Source: a virus
Lineage: Duplodnaviria > Caudoviricetes
Virus record (IMG/VR): IMGVR_UViG_3300035182_001315
Direction: 5' to 3' (one strand)
Length of the DNA stretch: 64,000 bases
This document shows, piece by piece, positions 63,515-64,000 of this stretch. Each line of letters starts with the position of its first letter. Positions within the stretch are counted from its first letter, which is position 1. The notes beneath the pieces are model-generated. The model saw only the letters and a list, made by a program, of their open reading frames with translations. It did not search any database and was not told where the DNA came from. The translations under genes and the position numbers were made by a program.

Positions 63515-64000
63515 ATGGAAGACAAGCAAACAAAATTGGACCAAGTTAAAGGGTTCATCAAGAATTTAGAGAATAAAGATTTTACGCTTTATTTCTTCAC
63601 GCTCGACACAAAGGGTAATCCTACTGCCGGTATCGCAAACATTTACGAACACGTAAAGGTTTTGAACAGTTTGGGTTACAAAGCCGTTATTCTTCATGAA
63701 AAGAATGACTACAAATTACACGCTGATGAAGCTGGTATGGGTATCGCAGAATGGCTGGGTGCTGAATACGCTGCATTGCCACACAAGGCAATCGAAGGTC
63801 AGAACCTGAATATCAGACCAACTGATTTCATCGTTATTCCAGAAATTTTCTCTACCATCATGGACCAAGTTAAATCTTTCCCATGTCGTAAGATTGTATT
63901 CTGCCAAAGCTATGACTATCTTTTGGAACTCCTTCCAATCGGTAAGAGATGGGATTTGGATTACGGCTTCAGCCATGTTATTACTACAAGTGAAAGACAA
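63515..64000 (+). CDS. Glycosyltransferase (GT4-like), N-terminal part; runs off the window end
   Basis: Manual translation from ATG 63515: MEDKQ...TAGIANIYEHVKVLNSLGY...DFIVIPEIF...KIVFCQSYDY; open to 64000. Confidence 0.7.
   Translation, partial: MEDKQTKLDQVKGFIKNLENKDFTLYFFTLDTKGNPTAGIANIYEHVKVLNSLGYKAVILHEKNDYKLHADEAGMGIAEWLGAEYAALPHKAIEGQNLNIRPTDFIVIPEIFSTIMDQVKSFPCRKIVFCQSYDYLLELLPIGKRWDLDYGFSHVITTSERQ

Noticed and set aside
1-64000. Stop-codon reassignment (as in Lak or some crAss-like phages)
   Set aside because: Conserved genes are full length under code 11, and TAA, TGA (e.g. 47511) and TAG (22871) all end genes at sensible positions.

Overview
A 64-kb segment of a large, T4-related contractile-tailed (myo)phage using the standard genetic code, with no tRNA or CRISPR array seen. 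The host is very probably a Bacteroidota: there are TAnnTTTG promoters, a Bacteroidota-type lipoprotein and a Chitinophagaceae/Cytophagales-type secreted-protein domain. Positions 1-41 kb (mostly minus strand) hold the tail and neck module: tape measure, gp26-like chaperone with a probable +1/-2 frameshift into a gp51-like ORF, tube, sheath, gp15/gp14/gp13-like proteins, and about 8 fibre/adhesin genes (GH28-like beta-helix, YadA-like, BNR propeller, LamG-like, S74 chaperone). Interspersed are a SNF2-type helicase, a glutaredoxin, a family B DNA polymerase with a LAGLIDADG intein, two free-standing homing endonucleases, an ArdC-like protein and a 4-gene envelope cassette. Positions 41-64 kb (plus strand) hold five hypotheticals (one WYL-like) and a ~20-kb glycan biosynthesis island. 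The island has about 10 glycosyltransferases, 4 methyltransferases, a GDP-mannose 3,5-epimerase fused to a WavE-like domain, a nucleotidyltransferase, a cupin, a form IV RuBisCO-like protein, a GDPD-like protein and WecB, plus dUTPase, an HD protein and PhoH. Best leads: (1) a RuBisCO-like protein in an anabolic sugar-nucleotide module, (2) an esterase whose C-terminal beta-sandwich is split, with the missing strands encoded on a tiny lipoprotein, (3) the tail chaperone frameshift, (4) a late-promoter-like ATATTTAT motif that is the reverse complement of the T4 late promoter. All family assignments come from motif recognition by eye; no searches were run.
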